From contig NC_045696.1 of NCBI RefSeq assembly GCF_009834535.1, positions 111,788,001 through 111,852,000 of the forward strand: a DNA stretch of 64,000 bases, in the 5' to 3' direction. A model generated the notes under the pieces. It made no database searches and was not told where the DNA came from. It was given only the letters and a program-made list of their open reading frames with translations. This document shows positions 26,430 to 41,699 of the stretch, piece by piece (positions within the stretch are counted from its first letter, which is position 1; the number at the start of each line of letters is the position of its first letter). The position numbers were made by a program, and so were the translations under genes. The DNA comes from Camelus ferus. Lineage: Eukaryota.

Positions 26430-27915
26430 AGTTGTTCAGTTTTTCCAACTTCAGCATTTCTACTTTGAGTTTTTATATCATTGGTTTTTATCCATTAAGT
26501 CATTTCTTAATACAGTATTTTCTAGGGGGTTCTGTATTTTTTTTTTATAGTTGCCGTAGTTTGCAGTACACATTTTAAACTAATCTGTGTTCACCTTCGA
26601 AAACATTATCCTGCTCCACGTGTAGAGTAGATACCTTGTAACAGAATTGTCCCACTTCCCTCCATCCCTCATTCGTTTCACTTACCCATGTGCTGGGGTC
26701 ACCCAGGGCGCTGCTGCTGTTACTGTTTAAGTCATTACTTTAAGACTAAGTAAGAATAACAAAAATAACAGGTCTTATTCGTTTCTTCTCTGATGCTCTT
26801 CCTGTCTGCAGGTCCAAGTTCATGGGTTTTCTTCTTCCTAAAGAACTTCTTTTACTGTTTCTTTCAGGGCAGGACTACTAGAGGTGAAGTTCCTCTGTTT
26901 ATCTTTTTCTGAGAAAGTGTTTTCTTCTCCTTCGCTGTTGGAGGATAATATCCCTGGGATGGAGAATTCTGGGTTGGTGGGTCTTTCCTTTCAATGACAC
27001 TTTGAATATTTGACTTCACTCTGTTGCCTACATTGTTTATGATGGGAAGTCCACTGAATCTCTGTCTTTGTTCTTCTTTAGGCTTCCCCCACCTCTGCCC
27101 CCCATGCCCAGCTTCCTTCAGGATTTTCCCTTTGTGTTTCGTTTTCTGCAGGATATGATGTGCCTGGTGTAGCTTTTCCATAGTTATCCAGGTTGATGTT
27201 TTCTGAGCGTCCCAGGTCTGTGGTTTGTGTCTCATTAATATTGGAAAATTCTCTGTTATTATTACTTCAGATGTTTTTCCTCCTCCGTTTTCTCTTTCTT
27301 TTCCTTCTGGTATTCTAAAACAGGGGTATCCTGTGTTTATCTCTGCCTCAGTTTCCCACAGTTCTTAGATGTTCTGGTCCATTTTTTAAGTTCTCCCATG
27401 GTCGTTTGAATGCTCTAGGTGTTTGTTTTCTCTTTGATTTTCAGTTTGGGAAGTTTCTGTTGACCTGTCTTCATGCTCACTGACTGTGTGTCTGGTCTAC
27501 TGAGGAGCCCATGAGAGGCGCTCTTCATTTCTGTCGCAGGGTTTTTGATTTATAATGTTCCCTTTAGATATTTTTTAGAGTTTCCATCCCTCTGCTTATA
27601 TTTCCTGTCTATTCTTATACGTTGTCTGCCTTTCTCATTATAGCCCCTAACATATTAATCATAGTTATTTTAAATTCCCTAATTCCAAAATTTGTGCCAT
27701 ATATGAGTGGTTCTGATGCTTGCTGTATCTCTTCAAACTTTTTTCTTGCCTTCAAGTTTTTTCCTGCCTTTTAGCATGCCTTGTAATTTTTTGTTACAAG
27801 TTGGATATGATGTATTGGGTAATAGGAACTGAGATGAACAGGCCTTTTATGTAAGGTTTAAATGTCCGTTTAACTAGGAATTGGACACAATTAATTAAAT
27901 TGTGTTAATGTTTGC
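26430..27915 (-). mobile_element. Old L1M fragment covering the ORF1 / inter-ORF region
   Basis: Minus-strand peptide HILQKTKHKGKILKEA resembles L1 ORF1; T-rich plus strand. Confidence 0.7.
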
Positions 27916-27919
27916 TGTG

Positions 27920-28123
27920 TCAGGGGCTTTGAATTCTGGTGTTCTTCAGGTCTGCTTGTATGTGGATATTGTCACTAAATACATACTATAGTGCTATGTG
28001 GTCCAAGGTTGGTTGAATCCACTAATGTGGAACCATAGAGGGCCAACTGTAAAGTTATACACGGATTTTCCACTGTACGGGGGATCAGCACCCCTAGCCC
28101 TTGAGCTGTTCAAGGGTCAACTG
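27920..28123 (+). mobile_element. Tigger2-family MITE (same family as 3520)
   Basis: Ends TGTTCAAGGGTCAACTG|TA; internal GGTTGGTTGAATCC. Confidence 0.75.
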
Positions 28124-29269
28124 TACATCCTTTCACATCAAAAATAAGAGCAGTATAATGGAGTTTCACTGTAAGCAGGGGAGAAAGAACACATCAGGTT
28201 GTTTGTATGGTGTTATGAAAATTAGTGAAAGATTGGGCTTTTTTTTAAAGTTCATGAAGGATAAGTTGAATTTATAACCTGGGACGCTAAAGGACATGTT
28301 AAGTCAGGGATCAGGGATTTTCTTCCAGATGTGGTGGACAGTGTACATGGAGTTAGAAAAGTGCAGGCCTTTTATGGGTAACAGTGAGTAATACAAACCG
28401 ACTGCGTGTGGGGTAGGGAGCGAGGGATCAGGTAGGCTGAGACAGTATTTTGGTTGACATTGAATTTCAGGCAGAGCAATGCATACTGAATTTCTTTTTA
28501 TATTTTCAATATTTTAAAAAAGAATTAGAGGTAAATGAAACAAAGGATACTTGTGATGAGATTTTGAAGTAGAAAATAAGAACCAAGAAATCTGAAGGAT
28601 GAACATATCTTGGTCATAAGGCTGATGTTATCGTGTTAGTGGGATTGACTATAGAGCAGAAATGTTATATAATCACTCATTTACTAGGACAAATGTTCTT
28701 GATTACTTAATTCAGCAGGGTTAACCATTGAAGCTTTTGGCAAGTGCGTGATATCAGAGGTGCGCTCAAGGAAGATTAATGCAGAGCAATAACTTGTGAG
28801 ATGAACAGAATCAAGAGAGTACAGGGAGAGAAGAGTTCAAACACAATAGTAATAGAATTTACATAAGAGAGATAAGGTGAACCAGCTATTGTGACTACAA
28901 GGGAGGAGATGGATGTGAGAGTTGGGGTGACAGAGTATATGGAATTTGCAGATGATGGTTATACAGTTGATAGGACATGGGGTTAAGTACGTATAAGGAA
29001 TATGTCAAAGAATACTGCCTAGTTTTAAATTTAGGCAACGAGCAGATGAGAGGAGTCAATAGGAACAGGCGTTGAGGGGAAATGAAGTGTCTGCATTAAG
29101 ACACCTGCTGGACATCGTTTGGACTCCAAAGTGAACGTGGGGGCCTGGAGCTTCACTAAGAGGTCAGGCCTTGAAATATACTTTAGGGTGATAGGTAAAG
29201 CCATGCAAGGAAGTGAGAGTGCCAAGATCGAAAAGACGAGGGGGGAGGGGAAGTATTGTAGAGGTTCTA

Positions 29270-29469
29270 GAAAGCAAGATCGCACTAGCCACATGTGGAT
29301 ATTTACATTTGAAATAATTTAAATTAAATAACACTAAAAATTGAGTTTTTCAGTTGCATTCAGTACCTTTCAAGAACTCAGTAACCACAAGTGATTATTG
29401 GCAACCCTAGTGGATGGTGCAGATGTGAGTTACTTCCATTATTACTGGAAGTCCTATTGGATGGTGCTG
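29270..29469. mobile_element. MER3-like hAT-Charlie
   Basis: CACTAGCCACATGTGG...AAGTCCTATTGGATGGTGCTG. Confidence 0.75.
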
Positions 29470-29564
29470 TTGTTGAAAACAGTAAGATGCTGAAAGAGTA
29501 AGAGGAGTAAGTGAAGGAAATTTAACCCTGTGGTGAAATAAGCGGTGTGGTAGGCATATTGAGT

Positions 29565-30025
29565 GTATCAGTTAAGAGTTACGTTGGGCTGTGAGTAATA
29601 ATGACTTGACCCCAATGGGTTAGTATTTATTTTCTCATGTAAGAAATTATTGAGGTAGGCAGTCTGGTGCTAGTGGTAAGCTCTAAGACATTATCAGAGG
29701 CCTAGGTTTGTGTCTTTCGACTCTAGCATACATGGTCCATCCTCTGGGTAACCTCACAGTCCAGGATGGCTGCTAGAGCTCCAGCTATTACATCTGCAGA
29801 CCAAGCATCAGAAAGAAGAAAGGGAGAAAACAAAAAAGTTCACCTCTAAGATGAGCCTGTTCCCCTGAATCAGCCTGCTTTGCCATCTCACATGAAGCCT
29901 AGTTCTTGGGCCACACTTAGCTGCAAGGGAGGCTGGAACCTGTAGTCTTGTAGCTGGCACACTGCCATCCCAAATAAATTGGAATTCTGTTAAATAAAGA
30001 AGTGACAAGCAGATACTGTGTGGCA
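29565..30025 (-). mobile_element. Old MaLR LTR (MLT1J/K-like)
   Basis: GATGGCTGCTAGAGCTCCAGC; GGCCACACTTAGCTGCAAGGGAGGCTGG. Confidence 0.65.
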
Positions 30026-30210
30026 ACAAGCTGTCTCTGCCCCAGTGATTCTCAGGCACTGAGATGATGATGATGACAGGGCCTCTTCTGTCCAGGCTGG
30101 TGGGTTTCTTTCTTCATGCATCCTTTTTCCTCCCCAGACAAAATTTTTTTCTGGGTTTCTGAGTGAGGAAAAGTATTCTGATTTGAAGCAGAAATGGGGA
30201 CCATAGAGCC

Positions 30211-30224
30211 CTGCCCCCTGGCGG
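30211..30224 (-). promoter_or_regulatory. CTCF motif in NGLY1 intron 4
   Basis: Minus strand reads CCGCCAGGGGGCAG, matching the core CCRSYAGRKGGCRS at every position. Confidence 0.6.
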
Positions 30225-31399
30225 CACCTCCAGAAGTAGTTCAGGCTCAGAGAAGCATGATTTGATGGTTCTGGCCTGGAAGACTGAAGGTTTGTCGTGT
30301 TTAATTGTTCCAAACACAGATGAAACATCCTTTTGGAAGAGAAAGAACCCTGTCATTTTGGAAAAATGATAACAAAATACATTTTGGCTTACTAGATTTT
30401 TATGGAGACCTGGGAGGCAGAATATTGAGTCTTAAAGATGTGTCTAAGGATGGGCCTCCCTCTTCTGATGTTTTTACCGGTTTTCTTCTTACTCCCTCTA
30501 TTTGTGCCAATGTCTGTGGTTTTCATAGGATGAAGTTAAGGCTTAAACTTCTTAATTTTATTTTTGTCATTGAAAAGTTACCAGAAATCTATTTATATTT
30601 GTATGGTATTTTTGAAGATGCTAAATTTATTAATTTGAAGTCTTGATGATAATTTACAAATATGCTCTACACGCTTTAAATATTATCTTCACAGAATTTA
30701 GCATCTAAGTCAGACTTTCCTTTCACCCCCATATCTCTAAGCTTTCTGAGCTCTTATCCTGTACAGCCAGGACCCCACTGTAATTTCTCTGAGCCGTAAT
30801 TAAGCACCTTGTGTAGCCCAGGTACACTGACCGTCGGGTGGGCCTCCCTCTCTGCGTGACAGGCCTCCTTCAGCTGGGCAGTGGCTGCCGTATCCCCGGG
30901 GTACAAGTGCATGGAAGCCAAAGTGTGCTGTCTCCCTTCCCCTCCTTTCCCATCTTGATTATGACTACTTGGTGAACAGCAGTGAGTCTGACTAATAGTA
31001 TGAGGTTGTTTGTTCAGTTCTTCTATCCTTCATTCTCGTATTTACTGAGCATCTGCTGTGTATCAAGCACAACTCCAGTTCTTGGAGATTCAGCAGCAAA
31101 CAAAACAAAGTCCTTGCAGATGGGACAGCCAAAAAGAGCTACTCACATATGGCAGGTAGTGAGAAGGCTGGGACGACAAGTTGGCAACAGAACAGAGAGC
31201 GATTAGGAAGGGTGCAGTTTGCTGAGGCTTGTCAGGAAAGGCTTCTCTTGAGAGCAGTGATTTCCTTCTGGTGGAGGCACTGGCAACTGCAAAGGCTCCC
31301 TGAGTGGGAGTGAGCTGGCCATGTTTAAAGATGGCAAGGAGGGCGTTAAGGCTGTGGCGGAAGGAACACGACAAAAAGAGGTCAGAGGGGCAAAAGGGA

Positions 31400-31921
31400 T
31401 GTATTAGTTTCCTTTGGCTGCTGTAACAAATTATCACAAACTTGGTTCCTTAGAACAACAGAAATTTATTCTCTCATGGTTCTGGAAGCCAGAAGTCCAT
31501 AGTCGGTATCACTGGGCCAAAATCAAGGTGTCGGCAGGACACGCTCCCTGGAGGCCCTGAGGGAGAACTTTTTCCTTGGCCCTGCCAGCTTGTGGTGGCC
31601 ACCTGCAGTCTTTAGCAGGTTGCTGCTCTCTGCACTCTTCAAGACCAGCATCTTCAAGTCTCCTCCTCCACCTTGGCATCTACCTCTGTTTGAGATCTCC
31701 CACTGCTTCCCTCCTCAAAGGATACATGTGACTGCATTTAGGGCCCGCCCAGGTAATCCCAGATAATCCCTCCCGTCTCAAACCCATCTCAGAATCCTTA
31801 ACTTCCTTGGATCTGCAAAGACTTTTTGTTTTGTTTTGTTTTTGCCGTAGGTGGTACATTCAGAGACTATAAGGGTTGGAATGTGGATATCTTTCGGGGG
31901 GCCATTTTTCAGCCTACCCCA
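31400..31921 (-). mobile_element. MaLR LTR (MLT1B/C-like) inserted into an L2
   Basis: TGTATTAGTTTCCTTTGGCTGCTGTAACAAATTATCACAAACTTGG ... GGGGCCATTTTTCAGCCTACC. Confidence 0.85.
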
Positions 31922-32129
31922 GGGGCCAGCTGAGAGAAGAAGAGGAGAGACTTTGGGTTGTATTCTGAGTGAGACAGAAACCCACTGGAGGGTTTCAAAT
32001 GACATAACCACCTTGCGTTTTTAAGATCACTCTGCTGTAGGGACTGAGTGGAGAAGGCGGTAGTGCTGTATTTCTAAAAGTTCATTTTCAGTCTAACATT
32101 TATGAATATCTCTTTGTTGGTAAGTTTCT

Positions 32130-33900
32130 TGTTATGCAGGGAAGCGAAACTCTTCCTGCCAATCAGTTCTGCTCCCCCTCTTGCTTAGCGACAGCGGTTA
32201 TCACATGATGTGTTCCTTTTCATATCTTTTCCTCTGTATTTACACCCATAAATAGTTATCTATAAAAATAAATAAGTTGCATGGGTTTACAGAGAATTTA
32301 TCATCTCCTGTATATTCAGCTCCTTGGTGCTTTTCACTGATTGTGTCTTGGAAGTCATCCCCTGTCCCTGTGCTGTACGGTGTGCATTCGCTGTTTATGC
32401 AGATCTCCACTGACGGACGTCCAGGTTGTTTACCACTCTTCTCTCTTCTGAAAGCTGCTGCGGTGAAGATTCTTGTAAAGCTTGCCTGCGTACATGAACA
32501 GTTGTTTCCCTGGGACAGATACAAAAGTGTCAAGGCTGTGTGGTACTTTTATACTGCAGTGGATCCCTGCCGAACAGACAACCTTCCAGTGTGTACCAGA
32601 AGTGTCTGAGAGTATTTGCTTCCACTTAAAGAAATTATTGAACTTTTTTGTGGACTTAAATTAATTTTTCTAATGGCTTTGTTAACATTCTTACTGATCT
32701 ATAGAAGTTCTTTATATATTCTGGATACTTTTCTTTATTAGACACATTATATATTTTTTCTCCTAGTGTTCTTTGTTTAATTTCATTTAGTGTATCTTTT
32801 GAAATACAAAAGTTATAAGTTTTAATGTAAGAAAATGAGTTTTTTCCCATTATTGATTTTATAATTGTGTTTCATTTTCTATCCCAAAGTCATAAACATA
32901 AATTTCTACTATTACTTTTATAATAGTCTCTCTCTGTATATAGTATTTATATATTTGTGTGTATGTATATGTGTGTATATATATACACACACACATATGT
33001 ATTAGAATGAATGGAGTAGAGATCTGATATTTGGATAGCTGCTTGTCCCAGTTCCATTTATTGAACTACTTTGAAAGGCTAACTTTATTAAATACTGTGT
33101 ATCTTTTAGAAATCTGTCTTTCAAGACTCTTTGTTTCATTGATCTATTTATCTATTCTTTACCAATGTCACAATATTTCAATTATTGGAACTTTGTAATA
33201 TATTTTGATGTGTAGTGAACAAATTTATCTCATTCTTATTCGAAGTTGTGTTGACTATTTTGTGCATTTTCTCTTTCACATGAATTTTTCAGTTAGCTTG
33301 TCAAATTTTATGAAAAATTATTTTTTATTATTTAATTCATTTCATTTATTATTTATTAATATTTATTAAATTGAGATTGCATTAAAGTACAAGTAAATTT
33401 ATGGAGAGTTAACAACTTGAGAATATTCAGTAGTTCCCATTCAGGAACATAATATACTTTTGGCTTTTTAATATTCACTGTAGTTTTTTATTTTGAAATA
33501 TTTCAAACATAAATATAAAAATAGAGTATATCAAACACCTGTGACCAGCATCAGACTTTATTAGATTGTAACATTATGCCATATATTTCCTTCATATATG
33601 TGTTTTATTACTTATTAATAATAAGATATTAAAGATAGGAATGAGAGCCCCCTCTATATGCCTCCCAGATTCCCCTCTCCTTTCTTTCTTCCCAGAGATA
33701 CCATGGTCTAGCATACGGCAGAGAGAAATTTTTTATTTGATAAACTGGATATAATATTATATGTCATGCTTACTTGCTAGGGTTGTTACATATAGTGTAC
33801 ACATGGTTGTGCTTTTATGTGTTTTGTGGTGAGTATTCATAGATGAATTATATTGTACAGTTGAACCACTAATTAAAAAAAAGCTAATAGGATGATTTCT
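32130..33900 (-). mobile_element. Degraded L1ME-like fragments
   Basis: L1 antisense motifs (GACGTCCAGGTTGTTTACCAC, TTGAGATTGCATTAAA); contains a (TA/TG/CA)n tract at about 32935-33000. Confidence 0.6.
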
Positions 33901-34350
33901 AAAGTGTCCAGAATTCTGTGATTTCTGCCTGTAATTTTGTGGCTTCATATTTACTTATGTATATATCTAATAACAAATTTAATATAGTCGTTTAAAAATG
34001 TTTTTCAAAATCAGACTTATTTTGTTACCTCCCGCGTGCTTGTGGATCAGTTCCCAGCTGATGGTAGTTCCCTGAGAGGCGCTGGTGTCCGGCTCGCTTG
34101 TGAGCGAGTGGTGTCAGGTGGAGGATGCGGTGATCAAGCCCGACTGCGCTGACTGTGCCGTGGATTGTGTCCCTGCACTTCAGCCTGCTTCGCGGCACCT
34201 GGCAATTCTGTCTGCATCTTATCTCTAAAGACCCTTTAGGTCATCGTTTGTATTCATGTATTTCAGCTTCATATTTGAGAAGAAAGTATGTATGATGTTT
34301 TTCGTTTTTTCAGCTTTAGATCTTAACTTGGTTCTGTCTTAACATCTCAG

Positions 34351-34573
34351 GTACCAACATAAATGATGAGGATTTTCTTTTGCTGGAGCTTTTACACTGG
34401 TTTAAGGAAGAATTTTTTCACTGGGTGAATGACATTGTGTGCAGTAAATGTGGTGGCCAGACTAAGTCCAGAGGTGAATCACTGTTCCCCAATGATGATG
34501 AGCGGAAGTGGGGTGCGAACAGAGTAGAAGATCATTTCTGTGACGTGTGTCAGCTCAGCAACCGATTCCCAAG
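34351..34573 (+). CDS. NGLY1: NGLY1 exon 5 ([17 protein letters not shown]...CSKC...CDVC...NRFPR), Zn-binding CxxC pairs
   Basis: Acceptor catctcag|, donor AAG|gtgagt; 223 nt; same frame as ORF 34380..34577. Confidence 0.97.
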
Positions 34574-34693
34574 GTGAGTGTCCCCTGGACAGTGAAGTCA
34601 GAATAATCTCTTATTGGAATGGTTAGGAGAGAATCTTTATTAAATCAACTTTTTAATCTTCATTTTAATTATTAGAAATGTATTCCTCCAGGA

Positions 34694-34913
34694 CAGGGGT
34701 TAGCAAGCTATGGCTGACAGGCTGAGTCCAGCCCACATCCTATTTTTGTAAATAAAGTTTTACTGAAACACATCCATGCTGCTTCATTAACTTACAGTCT
34801 GTTCCTGTTTTCACATTATAATGGCAGACTTGATCACTGGAGACAGAGACCATGAGGCCTGCAAAGTCTAAATATTTACTCTGTGGCTTTTTATAGGAAA
34901 TGTTTGTTGACTC
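34694..34913 (+). mobile_element. MER58A
   Basis: CAGGGGTTAGCAAGCTATGGC...TTTTTGTAAATAAAGTTTTACTGAAACAC...AAATGTTTGTTGAC. Confidence 0.85.
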
Positions 34914-36674
34914 TTAAATATAAATTGAATGTAGTCCTAGCAGTTTAGTGCTGTAAATCTTATATTTCTCTTCCCTTAATACATAAATTTTAACTTTTTG
35001 ATAACTTTGATAGCAATACTGACAGCGCATAATATAATGCTAAAATGGTAATACTGATCATTGTGATAGTAAATACAATACTGTCCCTAAAGTCATCAGA
35101 TGGAAATGTGGAAGGATGGAGATACAGAAGGTGAAAATGTAGTATCATGGAATTCCACTGTATTTTCTTTCTAAGGACAAAATTTGTTTTAATTAGATGT
35201 GTCCCCCACCAACCTAACTTACCCTCATCTAAATTTTAAACTAAGGAAATTGGATCTTTTCTATTACCTTTTTCCATCCATTAATTTACAGGTCTCTTAC
35301 CAGATATTCTTAACTGGCAATGCTTCTAAAGTTTGGTTGTATCACCAGGCAAGAAGAGATCATTTTTGAAATATCCAATTTTGGGGGCTCAGGGACTCAG
35401 TTCTGTCTTAACCAGGAATCAGTCCTGTGATATACAGAATCTAAGATAAACAGAATCCAATATCCAGTTATTATCTGAAATCATTGCAAGTTACTTCATC
35501 GCTCAGCATACATTTTCACAGGCACTTTGCAAAAATTTGAAGACAAAAAATATATGTAATTAAATTCCTCTTCATAAACGCTGGGCAGTTGGGTGTGGAC
35601 TGACAATGCAGCGTGAAAGGGCACAGGCCAGCAAAGATGTTGATTTATTTAGAGTTTCATTTGCTTGTCTCTGTAAGCTGTTCTCTGTAGAGGGCTGGGA
35701 GGATGAACACTATTAGCTGACCTTTCACCTTGGCACAGGTGGTGTACAGGAGATGGAGGCATAGGATGCTCTAAGTCTGCTGTTACTTCTTCATGTGAAT
35801 GTACAACTTTTTCCAGTAGCTACATTACTTAAATTACAAATTCATTTAACTCAGCTCAGGCAAGAGCATCTGCTTAATGTAAGACCACCTTGTCATTGCA
35901 GAGCCAGTTCTCTCATGAAACAGTTTCCTTCCTGACCAAGCTCGTGGCCGACACCTCTGCTTAGCCGGGCACTTTTCCTGCATACCAGCCCCAAATCCTT
36001 CTCAACACAATATGCAAAACTTTAATGTTCTTCAGCTGATAATTCTATAATTGGAGTAACTTGTTAAAAGAATGTTGCAAACACATTTCAAAAAACAGCT
36101 TCCAACTTAGCAAGCACCTTTAGTTCAGGAGAATAAAATTTCAATCAAAATGATCATTAGAAGGAAAAATAGTATTTTAAGTAAAATTGAGTTCAGCGAA
36201 GCTTTAAAATCTTTATTGAGTGGTTTGTTAAAGTTGTTAGCCTTTTAAATACAGTGAGCTAATTATACCACTTACTAGAGTGATACTGATGCTCACAGCA
36301 GATTAGTTCCTGGAGACCCTCTGCCTGTCCAGATCCCGCCTCCCTTCGAGGTCCAGCTCAAATCCAACACCCCCCCAGCCCCGCGCCCGTGACACTGATT
36401 CTCACCTGCTGTATGGTTTGGGTCTCTTCCTGCCGTGTATTTAAGTTACTTGTGTTCTTTCCTTCTCTCTCAGGACTGTAAACTCCTTGAAGGCTGTACC
36501 ACTGTGTAATCATTTCCACCCCAGAGTCTAGCGCAGTACCTCGTGTATGCTAGGCTCTTTAGTTACTATTTAAGAATATGAAGTTAAGAAGTACTATTGT
36601 TTAGCACAAAGGTAATAGGAATTCTTCAAAGTTTTGATTTTGATAATGAATCAGAGCTTTTGTTGTTGTTTTAA

Positions 36675-36842
<168 letters not shown>

Positions 36843-37791
36843 TAGGGACTGGGCTTGCGGTCCGGCCGTGTCGTCTCTGTCTGTCACCGTCTGGTCTCGT
36901 CAGTCTGAGTTTCCATTTGCCTTCTGTAAAATGACAGTAATAGTGGCCTCACAGGTTTTTTTATGGAAATCACAGGATGTTTGTAGTACCTCTAGCATTT
37001 TGCCTGGCCCTTCGCTCTAAAACATTCTTGTATTAACAGTTTATCATGACATTGTTAGTAATGCAGTTTCTATATGGATAGTAACGTGAAATAATGTACT
37101 GTAGAAATCTTCACTTTTGTAGAGAGTAGTGTAAAAGATTTAGTAATCTTAATTCAGTATACAGTAAAAATATAATGAAAACCATATGAAATTCGTGTTA
37201 CTCTTATTTATTTAGTTATGACTTGTGTCATTTACATGTTAAAATGGGTTTCCTTCTCCTTAGATTTTTTTACTCGCATTTCTCTTGTTTTCTTAGGATG
37301 AAATGAAACCTTCACTTAATAGTTATCCTTCCCTTACAGTCAGATGTAGACCATCAGTAACCAGAGATCCTCTGTTGGACTGCTCGCTGGTCTGCATCTT
37401 AGAGGTCTAGAGAGACTGCAGTTTCAAAGTGGAATGAACGCCTTTACATTAGCAAACTGTGTGCATTAGTCCTATGTTTTTGATGCTGTTCTTTATATTT
37501 GCCTTTTTTAGAGTTATAAAACCCACATTGTTTTTAATTAAGCCTAAAATGGTATTAAAGGAGATTTTCCAAAACATTTTCAAGGATTTCAAAGAGATAG
37601 AGAAATGAAAACAAGTGTTCTAGAGTTTTGTGTGCCACAAAATGTTCAGCCTTAATGATTAAAATTTAGAATATTGGAAAGTATTATGTGGTTCTCATCT
37701 TGGGCATTTGTATATGGTTGTTGGAAGTCATTCTGGCTTCACAGACTTGACTTCTATTTCCTTTTTTGTTGCTGTCTTGTCTCTCACTTGA

Positions 37792-39230
<1,439 letters not shown>

Positions 39231-39556
39231 ATATATTCATTTACATTCATAATTTACATATTCAGTACAGTGAAAATGGAGTTTTTATTTGTTGAATTTT
39301 GTGAAATCAGCTTTGTAGATACATTTTAAACAGCTACATGTTCTGAAAATTTTATCCCATAATCATAGTCTTTCTTGGAAGTGTACCCATTAGAAAATGA
39401 ATAAAAAGTACATTGTTTTCAATTTTTTCCCCACAGGTTTTAAACAAAGGATACTATTTTTAAAATTCTATTTAAGAATTACTTACATTCTAGGTATTTA
39501 GCAAATTAAGGTTGATGATTGCAATCTTGTTAAGTATTTGTATCTTGTAATTCAAG

Positions 39557-39667
39557 GTGGTTGATGTCACTTGGCGATATTCTTGTAAACATGAAGAGGT
39601 AATCTCCAGAAGAACAGAAATTAAGGAAGAGTTACTTCGAGAAACTATTAATGGACTTAATAAGCAG
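39557..39667 (+). CDS. NGLY1: NGLY1 exon 8 ([37 protein letters not shown])
   Basis: Acceptor ttcaag|GTG, donor CAG|gtatgt; 111 nt; DVTWRY motif; Arg401 codon AGA at 39608. Confidence 0.96.
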
Positions 39668-40866
39668 GTATGTGATGGGCATTTGTCATTTTTGAGAGGA
39701 CATTTGAAATTCTTTAATCAGGAGTAGCCAATTTTTAACCTATTGAAGTTCTTAAAATAGTAGCATTATTTTGCAAACAAAAACATTTAAATATGTTAAA
39801 TATCTTCCTGTTCGTTGAAAATTTTGAGGACTCATTTTAAATATCATGGGGGTGGGGTTTTTTTGCATTAAATTGTCACATCTCAAAGATTAGTGAAACA
39901 GAATTTCAGTATATGTGATACTTGACATAAAAAAAGTATGTTGCCTTGTTTTTCAGAGTAATTGTGTCTCGAATATAATTGTACACACTCACACTCAGCA
40001 CTTGTCCATGTATGGAAATTTCTGAAACAAGGCACAGGAAATTGTTAACAATGACTATTTCTGGGAATAGGAATGGGAGTCCAAAAGGGAAGTTTCAGCT
40101 TTGATTTTATACCACTTCGGCAGCACTGAAGGTTTCACTATATAGATGCATGTTATTTTTCATGATTTAAGAAACAATGAATTTTGCTTCCGGCAGGCAG
40201 TTAGAGTAGGGAGGATCACCTTGCAGGGCCTGAGACTCAAGGTGGATTTCATTCTACCTGGAATTTCACTTTTCTTCTAGTGTGTGGCCCTTCCGAGAGC
40301 CTAAGCTGAAAGCCTGGAGTATTTACTAGAGCCTTGGAAGGCCCTGAACTCCAATTATTTACTCCCCAGCACTGAAAATACTGCTGCAAATTCTGCTTTG
40401 TGCTTTAGCCTGTTCTGTGCCTGGCTTTTTGTGCCACTTAATAATTGGTGGATGCCTGGGGAGAAGAGGCGCTGTTCAGGTCACGTGTTTATTTCTTCCC
40501 TTGGGATCTTAGCCTCCTCAGTTCTGGCTACCTCGGTAGCTTTCTGCTGTGTTCAGACGGGGGTTGGTATGTGCGTGTCGTGTGTGTGTGTCCTGCCTCC
40601 CTCGCTGTTGCTAGCAGGACAGTTGGTCTGACACAGGCATGGGAAGTATGGGTGTTAAATGATTTCTTCACATAAAATTGGTAAAATTGTTTTAAGTTTC
40701 CACAGTGTGTGCCCTATTTTCCAAATAATTATGTGTATGAAAATAAAAGTGGTTACTTCTTTCAAGATCCTGTTAAAATGCAATGCCTTAATTATATTCA
40801 TACTTAGAGATGGACCTCTACATTCCCCTAATTTTAATGACTCTTTTTTTCAAACATGAATTACAG

Positions 40867-41031
40867 AGGCAAATATCTTTGTCAGAAAACAGAAGAAAAG
40901 AACTTCTCCAGAGGATAATTGTGGAGCTTGTTGAATTTATATCTCCCAAAAGCCCTAAGCCTGGGGAACTTGGTGGAAGGATATCTGGGTCATTGGCGTG
41001 GAGAGCAGCCCGAGGTGAAACGGGTCCAGAG
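40867..41031 (+). CDS. NGLY1: NGLY1 exon 9 ([28 protein letters not shown]...[23 protein letters not shown])
   Basis: Acceptor ttacag|AGG, donor GAG|gtattt; 165 nt; GRxSGSxxWRxxRGE motif. Confidence 0.97.
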
Positions 41032-41699
41032 GTATTTAACTCATTACAGCGTGATGATCTCCTCACTTTCCCACTTCCTGTCCAGTGCCCTTTACGTACA
41101 GAAAAATGCATTGGCCATGACCTTTCCATGAACTTTTCAGAGTAATTGTTTAAAAATGTAAACATTTGAAGAGAACCAATTATTGATTGGCATAGTATAA
41201 TTACATATAAGAGTTTAACAAAGCAGTTAAAAGAGTTTTTTTATTGATTACCTTATGTAAATTTCTAGTGCCGTGTAACTGTTACCGTAGTACATAAAAA
41301 TGCACAAAGTGTAAGTGTACAGCTTAACAAATTTTCACAGATTGTGGTTACCCCCTAACCAGAATAAGAAATAGACAACCAGATGTCAGAAACAACCATG
41401 ATTTCTTTTCCAGTCACTACCTTTCACCCCTAAGAGTGACCGTTGTCCTGATCTCTAACATCTTGGACTAGTTTTGCTTGTTACTGTGCTTTATGTAAAT
41501 GGAATCATATAGGATGTACTCTGTTGTGGGTGGTCTTTTTCTCCTAACATTAGTGAGATTCATACTTATTGCTGCATATTTATAGTATGTTATTCTCATT
41601 GCTGTATAATATTCCACTGTGTGAATATACTATAATTTATCCGCATCACTATTGGGTATTTGGATTATTTTTCGATTTTAGTTTAAAGCTATGCTGCTA

